Of a stretch of DNA of 64,000 nt, positions 51,745-63,865 are shown piece after piece; the first letter of the stretch is position 1, and every line of letters starts with the position of its first letter. Below the pieces are notes generated by a model that did not search any database, was not told where the DNA came from, and was given only the letters and a program-made list of their open reading frames with translations. Source of the DNA: the human T2T-CHM13v2.0 reference genome, Homo sapiens; the NCBI RefSeq assembly GCF_009914755.1, contig NC_060947.1; one strand, given 5' to 3'. Position numbers and translations under genes: made by a program.

Positions 51745-51996
51745 CCAGTGACTAATCCGTAGTTCCTTAAGTGGTACTGGGCGTAACGTGGGCTCTATGT
51801 GTTTAGCTTTCAGCCTCGGAGGGCAGTACATCCTAAAGTGAATCACCAACTTAATTATTCCTCTGCAAATTACCATCAGTGATACGAGATTCAACGACAA
51901 GGAGCTGTGAGAGCGCACAGGAAGGGAGCTCATTTCTGGGGTGGGCTCAGTGAAGAAAATGTCATTGATGATAGTCCTTGTTCTGCCATCCACCAT
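51745..51996 (-). CDS. Putative exon 1 coding part of the 123-aa spliced ORF (MVDGRTRTIINDIFF...ELRISHW)
   Basis: ATG in strong Kozak context (AGGATGG), 84 open codons, consensus donor TGG|GTGAGT. Confidence 0.45.
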
Positions 51997-52459
51997 CCTC
52001 TGCTTGCCTCTTTCTGTCACTGCCTTCCCTTTTATGTTGGGGGCAACTCTCCTCTTCTATCTTTTGCAGCAGGGTGGGACTCCTCTCATGGTGTCCTGCC
52101 CTCCACACCCCAAGGTGTGAGTTCTCATGAAGTCCAACCGGATGCCCATTTCCTGCAACCTGAGCACCCAACAGACCAAAGAGCATGAGGGGTAGTTTCA
52201 ACTCGCCCGGGGACCCTTGTTCCTGCTCCCAGCTTCCCCAGGGCACCTTTGGTCATGTACTTCACTCACCCCTTCTCTTTCTCACGTTCACTTCTCACCT
52301 CTCTTCCCCCTCCCTCTTTCCTGGCTGCATCCTTTTCTCCTAAGGCTTTACCCCATAAAGACAAAGAAACTGGCTGAGGAGACAAGAGAAAGAAAGTAGC
52401 AGAAGATGGGAAGGAAACAGGTGAGTGACACTGACTTAGCTGATTAAGAGAGCTTGATC

Positions 52460-52655
52460 TTTTTTGAGGGTGTGGGGGGTTCTCGCTCTGTCGCCCAGGC
52501 TGGAGTTCAGTGGTATGATCATAGCTCCCTGTAGCCTCGAACTGCTGAGCTCAAGGGATCCTCCAGCCACAGCCTCCAGAGTAGCTGGGAGTACATGTTA
52601 ATTTTTTTTTTATGTTTTGTTTTTTTACAGACGGAGTCTCACTTGTGTTGCCAAG
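52460..52655 (-). mobile_element. AluJ-like fragment with internal deletion
   Basis: TCTCGCTCTGTCGCCCAGGCTGGAG...CTCAAGGGATCCTCC. Confidence 0.8.
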
Positions 52656-53579
52656 AGAGCTTGAGCATCAACTGGCAGTGAGGATGGCAGGAAAGCAACT
52701 GACTTATCCCCTCTCACCAGACCTTCCAACTGTCTGCAACACTGGCATTGCCACGTATCCCGGCACGTTGTTGGTAATGGTGGGGGCTGTAAATTGCACG
52801 ATTGCTCTAGAAAGTGTATTTACAAATCACTTAGACGCCCAGATCCCCTCTCAGCTCCTCGTAGCATGACAAATCGCTCTCCCCCCACTCTGGGAGATGG
52901 CGGACAAATGTACTCTCTGCAGAGCATGAACCAGCAGATTTATGGGCTTTGGAACTTCAGGCTCACTTCAAGGCATACATCCCAACCCGGCGTAGGGATT
53001 TCAGTTGCTGTCTACAGCAATCTTCAGTCCCTCACCTCCGCTGGAGTTTGGCGTCCAGATTGCTGGCATCTTGCCCCTTCTCAGAGATGCAGGAGAGTCT
53101 TCCTGTGTAATCTAAACTTCCCCAGAGAGGAGACTTAGTAATATTGGCAGGCAAAGACCTCTGGAGTTTGCTTCATTAGTAAGCTCAAAATATTTTCTTA
53201 TTTCAACGTTAGTTTTTCTTAGAGCCATGGGTTACTTAGGAGGATGTTTCTTAATTTACCAACATATACGGGGGTTTGTAATGATCTTTTGTTATTAATT
53301 TCTAGATCCCATTGTGGCATTGTGGTCAGAGAATATACAAATCGCTGAAGAATCCATTGTTTATGGACATTCCTGGGATAGTATTCATTTAAATATCTCT
53401 ATGTACACTGTAATGGAATATAATACAAAAATGGAGTTGCACGCAAAATGAGGGTACCACTCAGTAAATGGTTCCACAGGGACGTCTGATCCCCTACGAT
53501 CTGGGTTAAGAAATGGTGTAGTGTATTGCCGGCAGCTCAAAAGCACTCTCATGCCAGTCACTCTTGTCTTCCACCTCAG

Positions 53580-55603
53580 CAAATCTAACCACTCTTGTGA
53601 CTTTTAACACTTGACGATAATCCTGCCTGTTTGTGAACGCATTACACATGAGTAGACTCAGTACAGTACGTATTTTATAATCCGGGTTTCTCTTGGCAAC
53701 ATTAGGTTTTTCTCCTTGCTATTCACTTTTGTCGTGCTGTGTAGCTGAATTTCGTTTCTTTGCATTCCTGCGCAGTGTTTTGAATTGTATGACGATGCCA
53801 CAATTTATTCATGCCTTTTATTTCTAATGGGCTCTTCAGTAGTTTCCAGCGCTGGAGTGTTAGTGTTATTATTGTGGTGCACGTTCACAAGGATGTCCTT
53901 TGGTTAACATGCGTATGCATTTAAGGCTGTGCTTGCAGGACTGCTTTGATTACTTTTTCTTCCTTCATGGCACTGTAAGTGGTGACAGTGGATGTATCTG
54001 GTTTTTTTTTCCCCCTGATCTCAGAGGGAAAGCTGTCAACATGTCACCCGTAAGTATCGTTGTTTTTGTAGGCTTTTAAAATATATTCCAACGGAATCAA
54101 GAGACTTCCCTTTTGTTCGTAGTTGGCTAAGAGGTTTTATCATAAGTGCATGGTCATTTAAAAAAAATCAAACCCATGAAATACCCTTCCTGCGTCTGTA
54201 GGGAATATCATATTTTTTCTCCTTCATACATTACTTCTGAGAGATAGATTTTTCAAGCGCTGAACCGCTTCATTTCTAGAATACTCTTGACTTGTTTGTG
54301 ATACGTTTTCCTTTTTGGAGATTTAACTGATTTGTTTTGCTAATGCTTTATTCAAGATTTCTTCTTCTGTGCTTATGTAAAAGATAGGCCTGTGCATTTC
54401 ATTTCTTACCATGCCCTTTAAGGTTTTTCCCTCATAAAACGGGATGGGAAGCATTTCCCGTTTTTTATGTTACTTGGCAAGAAGGTAAGATTGATATTCC
54501 TTCCTTCACAAACGTTTTGTAGAATTAATCGGTGGCAGCATCAGAGTCCGTAGGTTCTTGTGGCTGTTGCTGTTGTTTCCTTCAGATTCCGCCCGTTTAG
54601 AATTTGTAGGACAATTCAGATGTTTAGTCTGTTTTCTGTCATTTTGTTGTATTTTCTTGAAATGTGTAAATTATATCCAAAGTTTCACGTTTGTGGGCAT
54701 AAAGTTGCTCATGGTTTTGAATAATGATCTCTTTAATGCCTTCATTGCCCATAGTGATGTCTCCTTAGCCACTCCAGACACGGGTTGCTTCATGATTTCT
54801 CTCCTTTTTGTTCAGGCCTACACAAGGCATGTCTTAATCACATCATCTTTTCAAAAAACCACCTCTGGCTGTGTTGTTTTATCTTTAACTGATTTGTACT
54901 TTTATCGTTATTTCATTTCTTCTGCTTTCTTCAGATTTAATCTGTTGTTCAACATGGTTAAGAAAGATGCAAATGTTGTGCCTTTCTTTTTCATGCAATC
55001 TAGACAATTAAAATATATCCCATAAGATTTCATCAGGTTCAAAATACTTTGCGATTTCATTGGTGATGTTTTCCTTGAGCTATGGGTTATTTAGAAAATA
55101 GGAAATAAAAAGGATGCCTTTTCTAAAAATAAAATGAAGTGAAATAAAAAGGATGCCCTTTTATTTCATTTTCTTGCTTAATTGCCCTCTGAACTTCCGG
55201 GACTATGTTGAGAAGAAGTAGCAAAAGCGGGCATCTCTGTCTTGCTCCTGATCTTAGAGGAAAAGCTTTCACTCTTTCGCCATCGTGTACAGTGTTCACA
55301 ATGAGTATTTTATATAGGACTTTTGTGACGTTGAGGTTGTTTCCTTCTGTTTCAAGGAGTTTGAGTGTTTTTATCACGAAGGGGGTTGACTTTTGTCAGA
55401 TGCTTTTAGTGCATCAATTGAGCCGATCATGTGGTTTTGTCCTTCATTTTGTTGATGCCGTACACTAAATTAGTTGATTTTCATTGATCGAAACTTCCTT
55501 GCATTCCACGAATAAATCCCACGTGGTCATGGGCCTTTCATGTGTTGTTGAACTCGGTGTGCTAGACTTTTGTTGAATATGTATGCACAAACATTCTTTT
55601 GGG

Positions 55604-55646
<43 letters not shown>

Positions 55647-56476
55647 CGTTTCTGGTCCTAGTTCTTCTCTAACTGTTTAGTAGAATTCTCCACTGAAGCC
55701 ATCTAGTCCTGCGGTTTTCTCTGTTGGGAGGTTGATGAATACTGGTTAAGTCTCCTTATGAGTTGTCGAGATCTGCTGAGATTTTTTATTTCTTCAGGAG
55801 TCAGTCTTGGCAGCATGTACGTTTCTCAGAATTTATCCATTTCTTCTAAAGTATCAAATTTGTTGGGGTATAGTTGTTCCTGGTCTTCTCCTTATAATCT
55901 TTTTTATTTCTGTAGTAACAATTGTAATGCCCCTCTGTCATTCTGATTTTAGTTATTTGACCCTTCTCTGTTTTTTTCTTAATCTGCTTAACCTATGTTG
56001 ACCTTTTCAGAGACACCAGCTCTTAGTTTCATTGTTTTTTTTTTTCCTATTATTTGTCTATTCTCCATTTCCTTTATTTGTGCTCTAATCTTTATTACTT
56101 CCTTCCTTCTGCTAACTTCGGGTTTACGTTGTTCTTCCTTTGCTAGTTCTCGAAACACAAAGATAGGCTGTTGATTTGAGATCTTTCTTCTTTTTCACTG
56201 TAAGGATTTACCACAATAAACTTCCCTCTTAACACTGCTTTCCCTGCATCTCCTTAGTTGTGGTATGTGGTGTTTTCATTGTCATGTGTCTCAAGATACT
56301 TTCTAATTTCCTTGTGGTCTGTTCTTTGACCCACTGGTTGTTGAAGAGAGTGTTGTAATTTCCACCTGTTTGTGACTTTTTCAATTCTCCTTCCGGTATT
56401 GCTTTCTAGTTTCATTCCATTGTGGTCAGAAAAGATAATTGGTATGATTTCAAACTTCTGAAGTTTGTGAAGATCC
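53580..56476 (-). mobile_element. Old L1M/L1ME fragments
   Basis: ORF 55123..55377 (MIKTLK...KAFPLRSGARQRCPL...KQENEIKG) is degenerate ORF2; boundaries approximate. Confidence 0.75.
55606..55649. repeat. (TG)n(CG)n alternating purine-pyrimidine tract
   Basis: Direct reading. Confidence 0.95.
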
Positions 56477-57294
56477 TAAATGTCAACAAAAAAGCTAAAG
56501 CATAAGACCTCTGGAAGAGAATTCAGGATAAAGCCTTGAAAAACTTGCTGTAGGCGAAGGACTCTTATAGCTATGACACAGAAAGCAATAGCCATGCAAA
56601 AACACCTTAAGTGAATTTCATCAAATTTAGAAATCTGGCTTTTCATCATTAGCGAAATGAAAAAGCAAACCATTCATTGCGGCAATGTTTGCAATATATA
56701 CTACCCGACAATGGAAAAGTTTGCACGCAAAAAAGCACTCTTATAATTCAGTATTAAGACGACAAATGATAATCAATGTGCAAACCATGTGAATGGTTCT
56801 TCACATGCAACACGGAACGATATGCAACTGGTCAAGAGAAGAGGCTGGGCCAAGGTCACTAGTGGAGGCAGCGGCAAAGCTGGGTCAGAGATCTCAGGCA
56901 AGTCACCTCCCTTCTCTGAGTCTGTTTCCTCAAGTGCACAGTAGTAGCTGAGACGATCTTTGAGGGTGTCACGAGGTAGTGGGCAAAACGCCCTTGGCCC
57001 AGGGCCTGATGACGACAAAAACAAGGAGGAGCAGCAGGATGGATGCCCAGGAAGGAAAGCACCCAACCTGATGTCTCAGGAGGCTGGGAGGGCGGTGGCA
57101 GGCCTCAGAAACCTAGGGTGGAACCTGTCGTTCAGGGAAGCCGTGAGGGGTAGCGAATCATGCACGATGAAGGGAGATGGGGAGCGGTATGTGCACGTGG
57201 GTGCGAGGGTGGGTGTCAGGAGAGAGTGCCCAGCAGGTGGGTGTATCACCCCCAGGACACTGCAAGACCCTGGATGGCAGGGGAGGCCGACAGC

Positions 57295-57450
57295 AGGGCC
57301 CAGTGCACGCACCCTGGCCTCAGAGGGTCCCAGGTTCAAGTCTGTGCTCTGCCACTTCCTGGCTGTGTGACTTGGGGAGAGCGTCTTCCCTCTCGGAGCC
57401 TCAGTTGGCTGAGACCATGAAATGGCCTTACTGCCCCCACCTCTCGGGCT
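57295..57450 (+). mobile_element. MIR (a second MIR-like piece lies at ~56850-56990)
   Basis: CCAGGTTCAAGTCTGTGCTCTGCCACTTCCTGGCTGTGTGACTTGGG...GAGCCTCAGTT. Confidence 0.75.
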
Positions 57451-57989
57451 TGGCCGAGAAACAGAAACATAGGCCCAGATGAGAAATTGTACATGAATAT
57501 TCAGAACAACTTTATGCATAATGTCAATAACTGGAAACAAGTGAATGCACGAATGCTCGTCCATCGCCAGGCCTGGGGCAGGGGTGATCAGAGGGAGCAG
57601 GCCAAGCTGGGAGAAGGCTGTGAGTGCTGTCCACTGACACAGCAGGGCCTCAGAAAACACTTGCTGACATGGACTGTGGGCCTTTGCAGTGCGGGGTCTG
57701 CAGAAGGCCCCAGGCCGGGGGCAGGGGGGAAACCTGCCTAGGTCTCCTGTTTGCCATGTGAGTGAGGTGGTGGCCGTCTCCAGGGTGGCCGGTCTGACCC
57801 TTCTGCAGGACGCGCAGTCCAGTCCGCCCCCATTTCCCACCAGGGTGCTCTCACCTCCCTGCTCTCCTCCTCTCTTCCCAGGTGCTCTCAGCGCTGCCCC
57901 TACAGGGTAGGGGGAGTGGGTCCCTGGTGAGGCCCCACCGCAGCAAGGTGATGTGAAAGGGAGAGTGTCCAGCAAGCCTGGAGGCCTGA

Positions 57990-58274
<285 letters not shown>

Positions 58275-58292
58275 TAAAGGGAAGGGGACTCC

Positions 58293-58294
<2 letters not shown>

Positions 58295-58341
<47 letters not shown>
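58295..58341. repeat. (TG)n microsatellite
   Basis: Direct reading. Confidence 0.95.
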
Positions 58342-58342
<1 letters not shown>

Positions 58343-59622
58343 CCAGTAAAACTTTGGAACTGGATTTCTGTCAGAGTCCCAGAATGTCAGTGTGGCCAAG
58401 CATGGACCCAAGCACCAGAGAAGCAGAAATCACAGCGGCAGCCAACACGGAGACCCACCCAAAGCCTTTCTGACGGACAGCTTCTGGGGTGTGCAACCAA
58501 TGCAGTCTGATGCTCACCAGGGCTCCCCATGTGGCTCCATGCTCTGCTGTTGTTGTTTTGAAATCCTTCATAGTTTTTGACAAGGAGACTCGTGTTTTCA
58601 TTTTCCACTGGGCCTCCCAAATTAGGTAGCCCGGTCTGGGTCAGGATCTGGCCGTGGCGGAGATGGCAGCCCCTCCTGGGGAAACAGAGGCTGGGGCTGG
58701 GTGAGGGGGTGGGAAGCAGGGAGCCTTCCACTGCTATGTTTTCCCTCCTTATCTAGGGCTCTGTCCTCCCAAGCCCTGGACATTACCGGGGAACTCCAGA
58801 AGCCCTGGACACTGTCCCTGCCTGCCACTGAGCCCTTCCCAGGAGACCAAACTGTCTCTGCCCTCACCGTCTTGTACCTGAAGCATGTGCAGCCCTACCT
58901 CAGACCCCTCCAGACATCACCCAGCCCTTGAACACACCAGGACCTAGGTAGGCCTGGTGTTGTCCTCACTGGGAGAGCCCTGCTGCTGGGGGAGAAGGGC
59001 TGCGAAGCTCCAAACAGGCCGCCGTTCCGTCACAGGCAAGGGGCTGTGTACGCGTGCACCGTGCGTTGTTTTTATTACATCCTGCTCCCTCAGCAATCAC
59101 GGCCCCTCCTTCTACCCACTGGAGGGCTGCGAACATCACTGCGGGGCCCACCTCATTGTCCGTCAGACTCTGTACCGAGGACGGGGTCCTGAACTGTGTG
59201 GATGATGAGCCAAGGGTTCCGGAACATCATCTCCAAGGAGGGGGTGTGGGAGGTGGGTCCTGGTGAGAGCCTTGGACCCTGTCCCTCGGCGGGAGGGGCA
59301 GTGGCACCAAGCTGCAATTTTCCACCCCGCCCCTGCTGTGGCCCCGACTCTTGCCATGTCCCTGGGGCTGCTGAGCAAGGTTTGTAGAAAATCACATAAC
59401 GATGAGCACTGGGGCCTCTCCAAACTCCTGCTCACGCACTCAGGCGTAACCAACCTCCGCACCTCCCAGCATCCCACCTGTCCCTGTGGGCCTTTTTGGC
59501 AGAGGTGGGGCCCACCTACCCCAGAGAGCCTGAAGAAGTTTCCTTGCTACAAGCCCAAGCGTGGCCAGGTATAGCAATGGGTGTGCAGGTAAAGGAAGAA
59601 ACATCCAAATTAATTTTGCAAC

Positions 59623-59628
59623 TTTAAT
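59623..59628 (-). terminator. Polyadenylation signal ATTAAA of MAGED4/4B
   Basis: ATTAAA ~185 nt after the stop, followed by a GT/T-rich downstream element (GGATGTTTCTTCCTTT); cleavage inferred near 59605-59610. Confidence 0.8.
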
Positions 59629-59811
59629 GTAACACTGATACCCAAAACATGAAAACACAAGGAAAAGCACAAAATGAAAGCAGGAAGAGCAAAGAGAGCT
59701 TCATCTTGCATGCCACCTCCGACTGACAGGAAGAAGCCGCCTAGGGTGCTGTGTCGAGAAGGAATCTGAGAGGAGGCGCTCTGGCTTGGCCAGTAAGATC
59801 GCTGCAGTTCG

Positions 59812-59821
59812 TCAACGGTGC
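59812..59821 (-). CDS. MAGED4B: MAGE-D4 last exon, coding part ((Q)HR*); 3' UTR extends to ~59608
   Basis: Acceptor GTGCTTTTATAG|G CAC CGT TGA completes the phase-2 codon CA from the previous exon. Confidence 0.85.
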
Positions 59822-60016
59822 CTATAAAAGCACAAGAAACCAAAGTGACAACATCCGTGGACACACGCGAACCAGGGAGGGGTGTACGTAACAAAATAAG
59901 TGTCCGTCCATGCTGTTGCCGTTGCCCCCAGCGCCCCCACCCCGGCCCTCCCTCTGACATCTCACCCCCCTCCGCAGCCCTCCTGCAGAGTCTCATTTCT
60001 CTACCGAAACTCTTAC

Positions 60017-60447
60017 TGGATCCAGGAGAAGAAGCTGGCGCCAGCTCTGGCAGCATTTCTGGTCCGGATGGTGGAGCTGGTGCTGGGGCCATCTAGGACG
60101 CTGGTGCTGGCCCCTCCATTGGTGCCACTGCTGACGCCAGCTCTCCACGTGGCCCTCCTGTTGGCACGGTTGCTATTCAGAATGTACTGATGGTATCTGG
60201 CCCAGAAAGCAAAGGGGATCCTGGCCCAGGCATCGCCAAAATCTCCGTCCTCATCCCAGGTCAGGAGCTCGACTTGTATGTCATCCCAGCTCCACCGTCC
60301 AATCAGCGCTTCATCCCCGATATTCATCTGGGCCCTCATCTGGGCCCTGGCATGTTCCTCGGCCATATCCACATCCATTGTCTTGAAAGCATCATCCACA
60401 GCCTCCAAGAAATGAGCCTTCCATTCCCGGGGGTCTCGGTTCTGATT
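60017..60447 (-). CDS. MAGED4B: MAGE-D4 penultimate exon (NQNRDPREWKAHFLEAVDDAFKTM...GASFFSWI)
   Basis: 431 nt; acceptor CCTCAG|, donor CCA|GTAAGA; recognisable MAGE-D C-terminus. Symbol could equally be MAGED4. Confidence 0.95.
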
Positions 60448-60769
60448 CTGAGGAGGAAAAGGGCAGGCATAGACACAGAGCTACCCCACACTGGCTGAGC
60501 ACCCGCGGCCCGCCTCACCCCCTCCCGTGTGCTTTGTGCAATGATGGCAAAAATCAGGACCACAGGGATTGGGGGCTCCTACTCTCCTGTGCCAGACCTG
60601 GGATTTTGCCCCATCTGTGACCTTGTGTAGGGTGCTCAGGTGCCTCTGTGAGTGTTTGGTACCCTCACTGGAATACGGGGTAATGGGAAGGAGGCCTCGA
60701 CCAAGAAACAAGCAAGGTGTGGAGAGCACCACCCCCGGTGCCGGGCACCCAACAGAGGCTCTCCCTTAC

Positions 60770-60884
60770 CTGGGCGATGAATCTCAGGACCCTCATCTTG
60801 CTGGTCTCATGGCGGGCTCGCAGGCCCCAGAGGAATTCATACTCAGGTGGGTTGCTGTTGGGGATCTTCTTGTATTCCAGGTAC
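60770..60884 (-). CDS. MAGED4B: MAGE-D4 exon ([38 protein letters not shown]), end of the MAGE homology domain
   Basis: 115 nt; acceptor CCAAG|, donor CAG|GTAAGG; hallmark YLEY...YEFLWG.RA..ETSK motif. Confidence 0.96.
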
Positions 60885-61129
60885 CTTGGCATGAGAGGAA
60901 AGTAAACTTTGCTGCTAGCCAAGCAGACCTGTTGCTGAACGGATGGGTTCCAGGGGGCCCCTCCTCAACCCGATGCCGCAGCTCAGCTCCTGGAAGAGGA
61001 CTGTCCTGCCCCTCCAGCCCTTCACTCATTCCCAAACCCACTCCCAGGACTTCTGCCTGCAAAAGTGAGGCCTTCAAAGCCTTTTGCCATTGGTCCTCCC
61101 CGGAAGCCATGCGGAGGTGCAGGGGGGCC

Positions 61130-61257
61130 ACATGTAGGGCATTTGTCTGTAGGGAGGCCACAAGTTTGTGCCCCTCATCACGATGACCCCAGCTTCCTGT
61201 TGGGTGTGTTGTAAACAGAGGAGCCATTCTTCAGGCCCCCTGCTCTGAGCACACCCC
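61130..61257 (-). ncRNA. SNORA11D: H/ACA box snoRNA of the SNORA11 (U107) family (SNORA11D/E)
   Basis: Intronic and same strand as the host. 5' hairpin GGGTGTG...CACACCC, H box ACAGGA (61195-61200), second hairpin, ACA 3 nt from the end; 128 nt. The family is known to be hosted in MAGED introns. D vs E cannot be resolved. Confidence 0.9.
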
Positions 61258-61829
61258 ACCTCGAGGGTCTTGGCCACACCCCGGCGGAGCCCTGGAGAGG
61301 CCCACCAGAGGAAACGACTGGAGAGGAAGAAACAGTCAGCCAGGAGAAGCGTGCTCCAGGCATCCTCCTCAAGTCCTGACCCTTTGTTGGTGTGCATGCG
61401 CGCCTGTGCGTTGGCAAGTCCTCCAGGGACGGGGAGAGGGTGGCCCCTGGCCTGAAAATCAGGAGAGTTGGGCTGAGGCCCTTACCAGCTGGGAGCCATG
61501 CTCAGAGGCGTCTCCTCTCTGAGCTCCGGGTTCCTTAGGTGTAAACCAGGGGGAACTCTTGTGTCAGTCTACAGGGCAGGTGCTCAAGGTGATGGCGGCC
61601 GTTTTCACACCCCACACCGTGTTCTCAGGTGACGTGAGCTCCCTTTTCCCAAGACCGCCCTGGCCTTCGGCTCCCCACACACTCGCATACCCCCCACTGC
61701 CACTCACTCCCAGGTCAGAGGCACCCATCCCTCCAGTTGAAGATTTGGGATAGGGAACTGCTTTCTCAGCCAGACCAGCACACAAAGGATGCTCGAGTGA
61801 GAGCCGCAGTTAGCTCAGGTGATACTTAC

Positions 61830-61892
61830 TTCTGCTTCACAAAGTCATCTGTGATGAGCTTCCTCAGATCGCCGAGGAATGGGTGCCTCACC
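61830..61892 (-). CDS. MAGED4B: MAGE-D4 exon (VRHPFLGDLRKLITDDFVKQK)
   Basis: 63 nt; CCTCAG| ... |GTAAGT; phases match the neighbouring exons. Confidence 0.95.
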
Positions 61893-62283
61893 CTGAGGGC
61901 AAGGAAAGGAATCCATGAGCAGAGACGGTGGCAGGGGCCCTCCCTAGCATGACTATGACTTCCCAGCCCCCGGGGAGTCGCTGTGGAGGCCTGGGCATGC
62001 AGCAGAGGCCAGAGGACTGTTGGTCAGGGACGCCCCAGGTAGGGATTTGATGGAATCCCTGACTCTGACTGTCTCTCTTAGATGTCATCTGGGGCCACAG
62101 AGCAGAGAGAGGGCTGAGCAGCGTCCAGCACCGCTTCCCCATCCGCCCTGGTGAGATCCTTTGCTCTCTACCGAGCCCAGGGCACCCCACGCCCTTGCGC
62201 CAGACCACCAGGCTATTGCAATCCCAGGACCTCTTTGGCCAGAGGATAGCACCGAGGGGAGGAGCTGGAGAGGCCAATCATAC

Positions 62284-62326
62284 CCAGGGCGCAGTCCCAT
62301 CTTGCGTAGTGCCTCCCAGAGGACAG
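62284..62326 (-). CDS. MAGED4B: MAGE-D4 exon (AVLWEALRKMGLRPG)
   Basis: 43 nt; CGCAG| ... |GTATGA. Confidence 0.95.
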
Positions 62327-62411
62327 CTGCGAGGGGAGAGGAGGTACGAGAGTTTGGCACCCAGAAGATGAGACTATGGGCAGCCCCCCAGTTGCAGGTC
62401 CAGCCACTCAC

Positions 62412-62491
62412 CCTCGCTGGCACGGTTGCCATTCATGAAGATGACGCCCAGAATCACCAAGAGGAGACTCAGCCTGGGAGTGTCCTTGGTT
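62412..62491 (-). CDS. MAGED4B: MAGE-D4 exon (TKDTPRLSLLLVILGVIFMNGNRASE)
   Basis: 80 nt; CTTTAG| ... |GTGAGT. Confidence 0.95.
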
Positions 62492-63112
62492 CTAAAGGTG
62501 TGGAAAGAGAAATCCTGTTTAGCAGCTATTTGCCTGAGAGACACCACCAGGCTCTCCCAACTAGCCTCTCTCAGGTTTCCCAGCTTGAGGGGAACTCTTC
62601 CCAGGACAGGCACAGTTCACTAGCTGCTGACAGACCATTCGCACCTCCGCCTGAGACTTAATCGCCTCCTCTATAAAACATGGGTACTAACACTTCCCTG
62701 ACAGGGTTCTGCAGAGGACAGGGCGAGGCAGGGAGCCGAAGCTCTGCAAATGGCAAACGTGTGCCCAGAGATGGCTCCAGACCTTTCCTGCCCCTTCCAC
62801 ATCAGCACCTACACTGAAGAGGCAGCTCTCCCCTAGGCCAGCTCTGCCAGGCCCAGGCCAGGCAGGCAGGAGGAAGAGGCACTTTCCTCCGAAGCTTTGG
62901 GGATAAAGCCCGGCAGCAGCTTGGGGAGAACTGATGGCAGCAAGGCCTCACCCCAGGCTATCATTCCTTTCATCCAGCAGTCACCAGGCAGCCCTCGCTG
63001 TGTGTGGGAGCCGTGCGCCGCACTCAAGCCCCGTCTTCCTGCTTCACTGAAGGGGTGTGGGCAGGGAAGGGACACCACCGAGGAAGGCCACGACCCGCTT
63101 TCCCTTTCTTAC

Positions 63113-63204
63113 TTTCCAAGGAGGCGAGCTGAGGAGTCCCGTGTGCAGACAAGAATATACAGGTGTTCTTCCTTGTCGATCTCCTTCAGGTGGATCCCAA
63201 ACTT
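63113..63204 (-). CDS. MAGED4B: MAGE-D4 exon (KFGIHLKEIDKEEHLYILVCTRDSSARLLGK)
   Basis: 92 nt; CGTAG| ... |GTAAGA. Confidence 0.95.
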
Positions 63205-63592
63205 CTACGTGGGGGAGAAAACAGAGTGTGAGATCCAAACCCCATGCTGGGCATCCTGCCGGCAGACAGTGATTCCGGGTTAGAACTGCTCCTCAGCAAG
63301 GAATCCAAACTCGTGAGCGAGGGCAGAAGAAGACAGCACACGGAAGACCTTCGCTGTGGGAGCTGACGCTGGCAGAGGCGATGAGACCCACCTGGCCAGA
63401 CGGCGAGACACTCAGAGAGCATGAGAGAGAGAAGCCGAGGGCAGGAAGCACGAGTCAAACTGCCAGTGCAGTGGAAGCTCAGAGTCGGAGAGGTGAGAGA
63501 TGGCTCCAGAGACTGGGCCTTGAGGGGCTGCAGGGTCACCGCACCCCCATGCCCGCTCTTCCCCCACAGAGCTGCTCCCATCCTGCACCCAC

Positions 63593-63672
63593 CTTTTCCA
63601 GGGTGTACGTTGCTCGTTCAATGATCTCAGGGAAATGTTCATCATATTCTCTGATGACATCCTTCAGCATGT
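63593..63672 (-). CDS. MAGED4B: MAGE-D4 exon (DMLKDVIREYDEHFPEIIERATYTLEK)
   Basis: 80 nt; CTGCAG| ... AAG|GTGGGT. Confidence 0.95.
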
Positions 63673-63865
63673 CTGCAGGAGGGGGAAGAGTTGGAGAAAG
63701 CACCTGGGCTGAGCAGGGGTCATAGAGCTGTAGCCCCTTGGTCAGCTCTGCCGAGGGTGACGCAGCCAGGACCCCGTCCTGTGGCTATGGAGGGACCAGC
63801 CGTGGCACGCAAGCAAAGGGATGCCCACAGACTAGGGGATGGTGAAGGGGGCACAGGCTGCCTAC

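Noticed and set aside
51399-51762. Leu/Ser/Pro-rich ORFs
   Set aside because: Low-complexity CT-rich tract.
60569-63725. Many plus-strand ORFs over MAGED4
   Set aside because: Antisense shadows in GC-rich gene sequence with no independent support.
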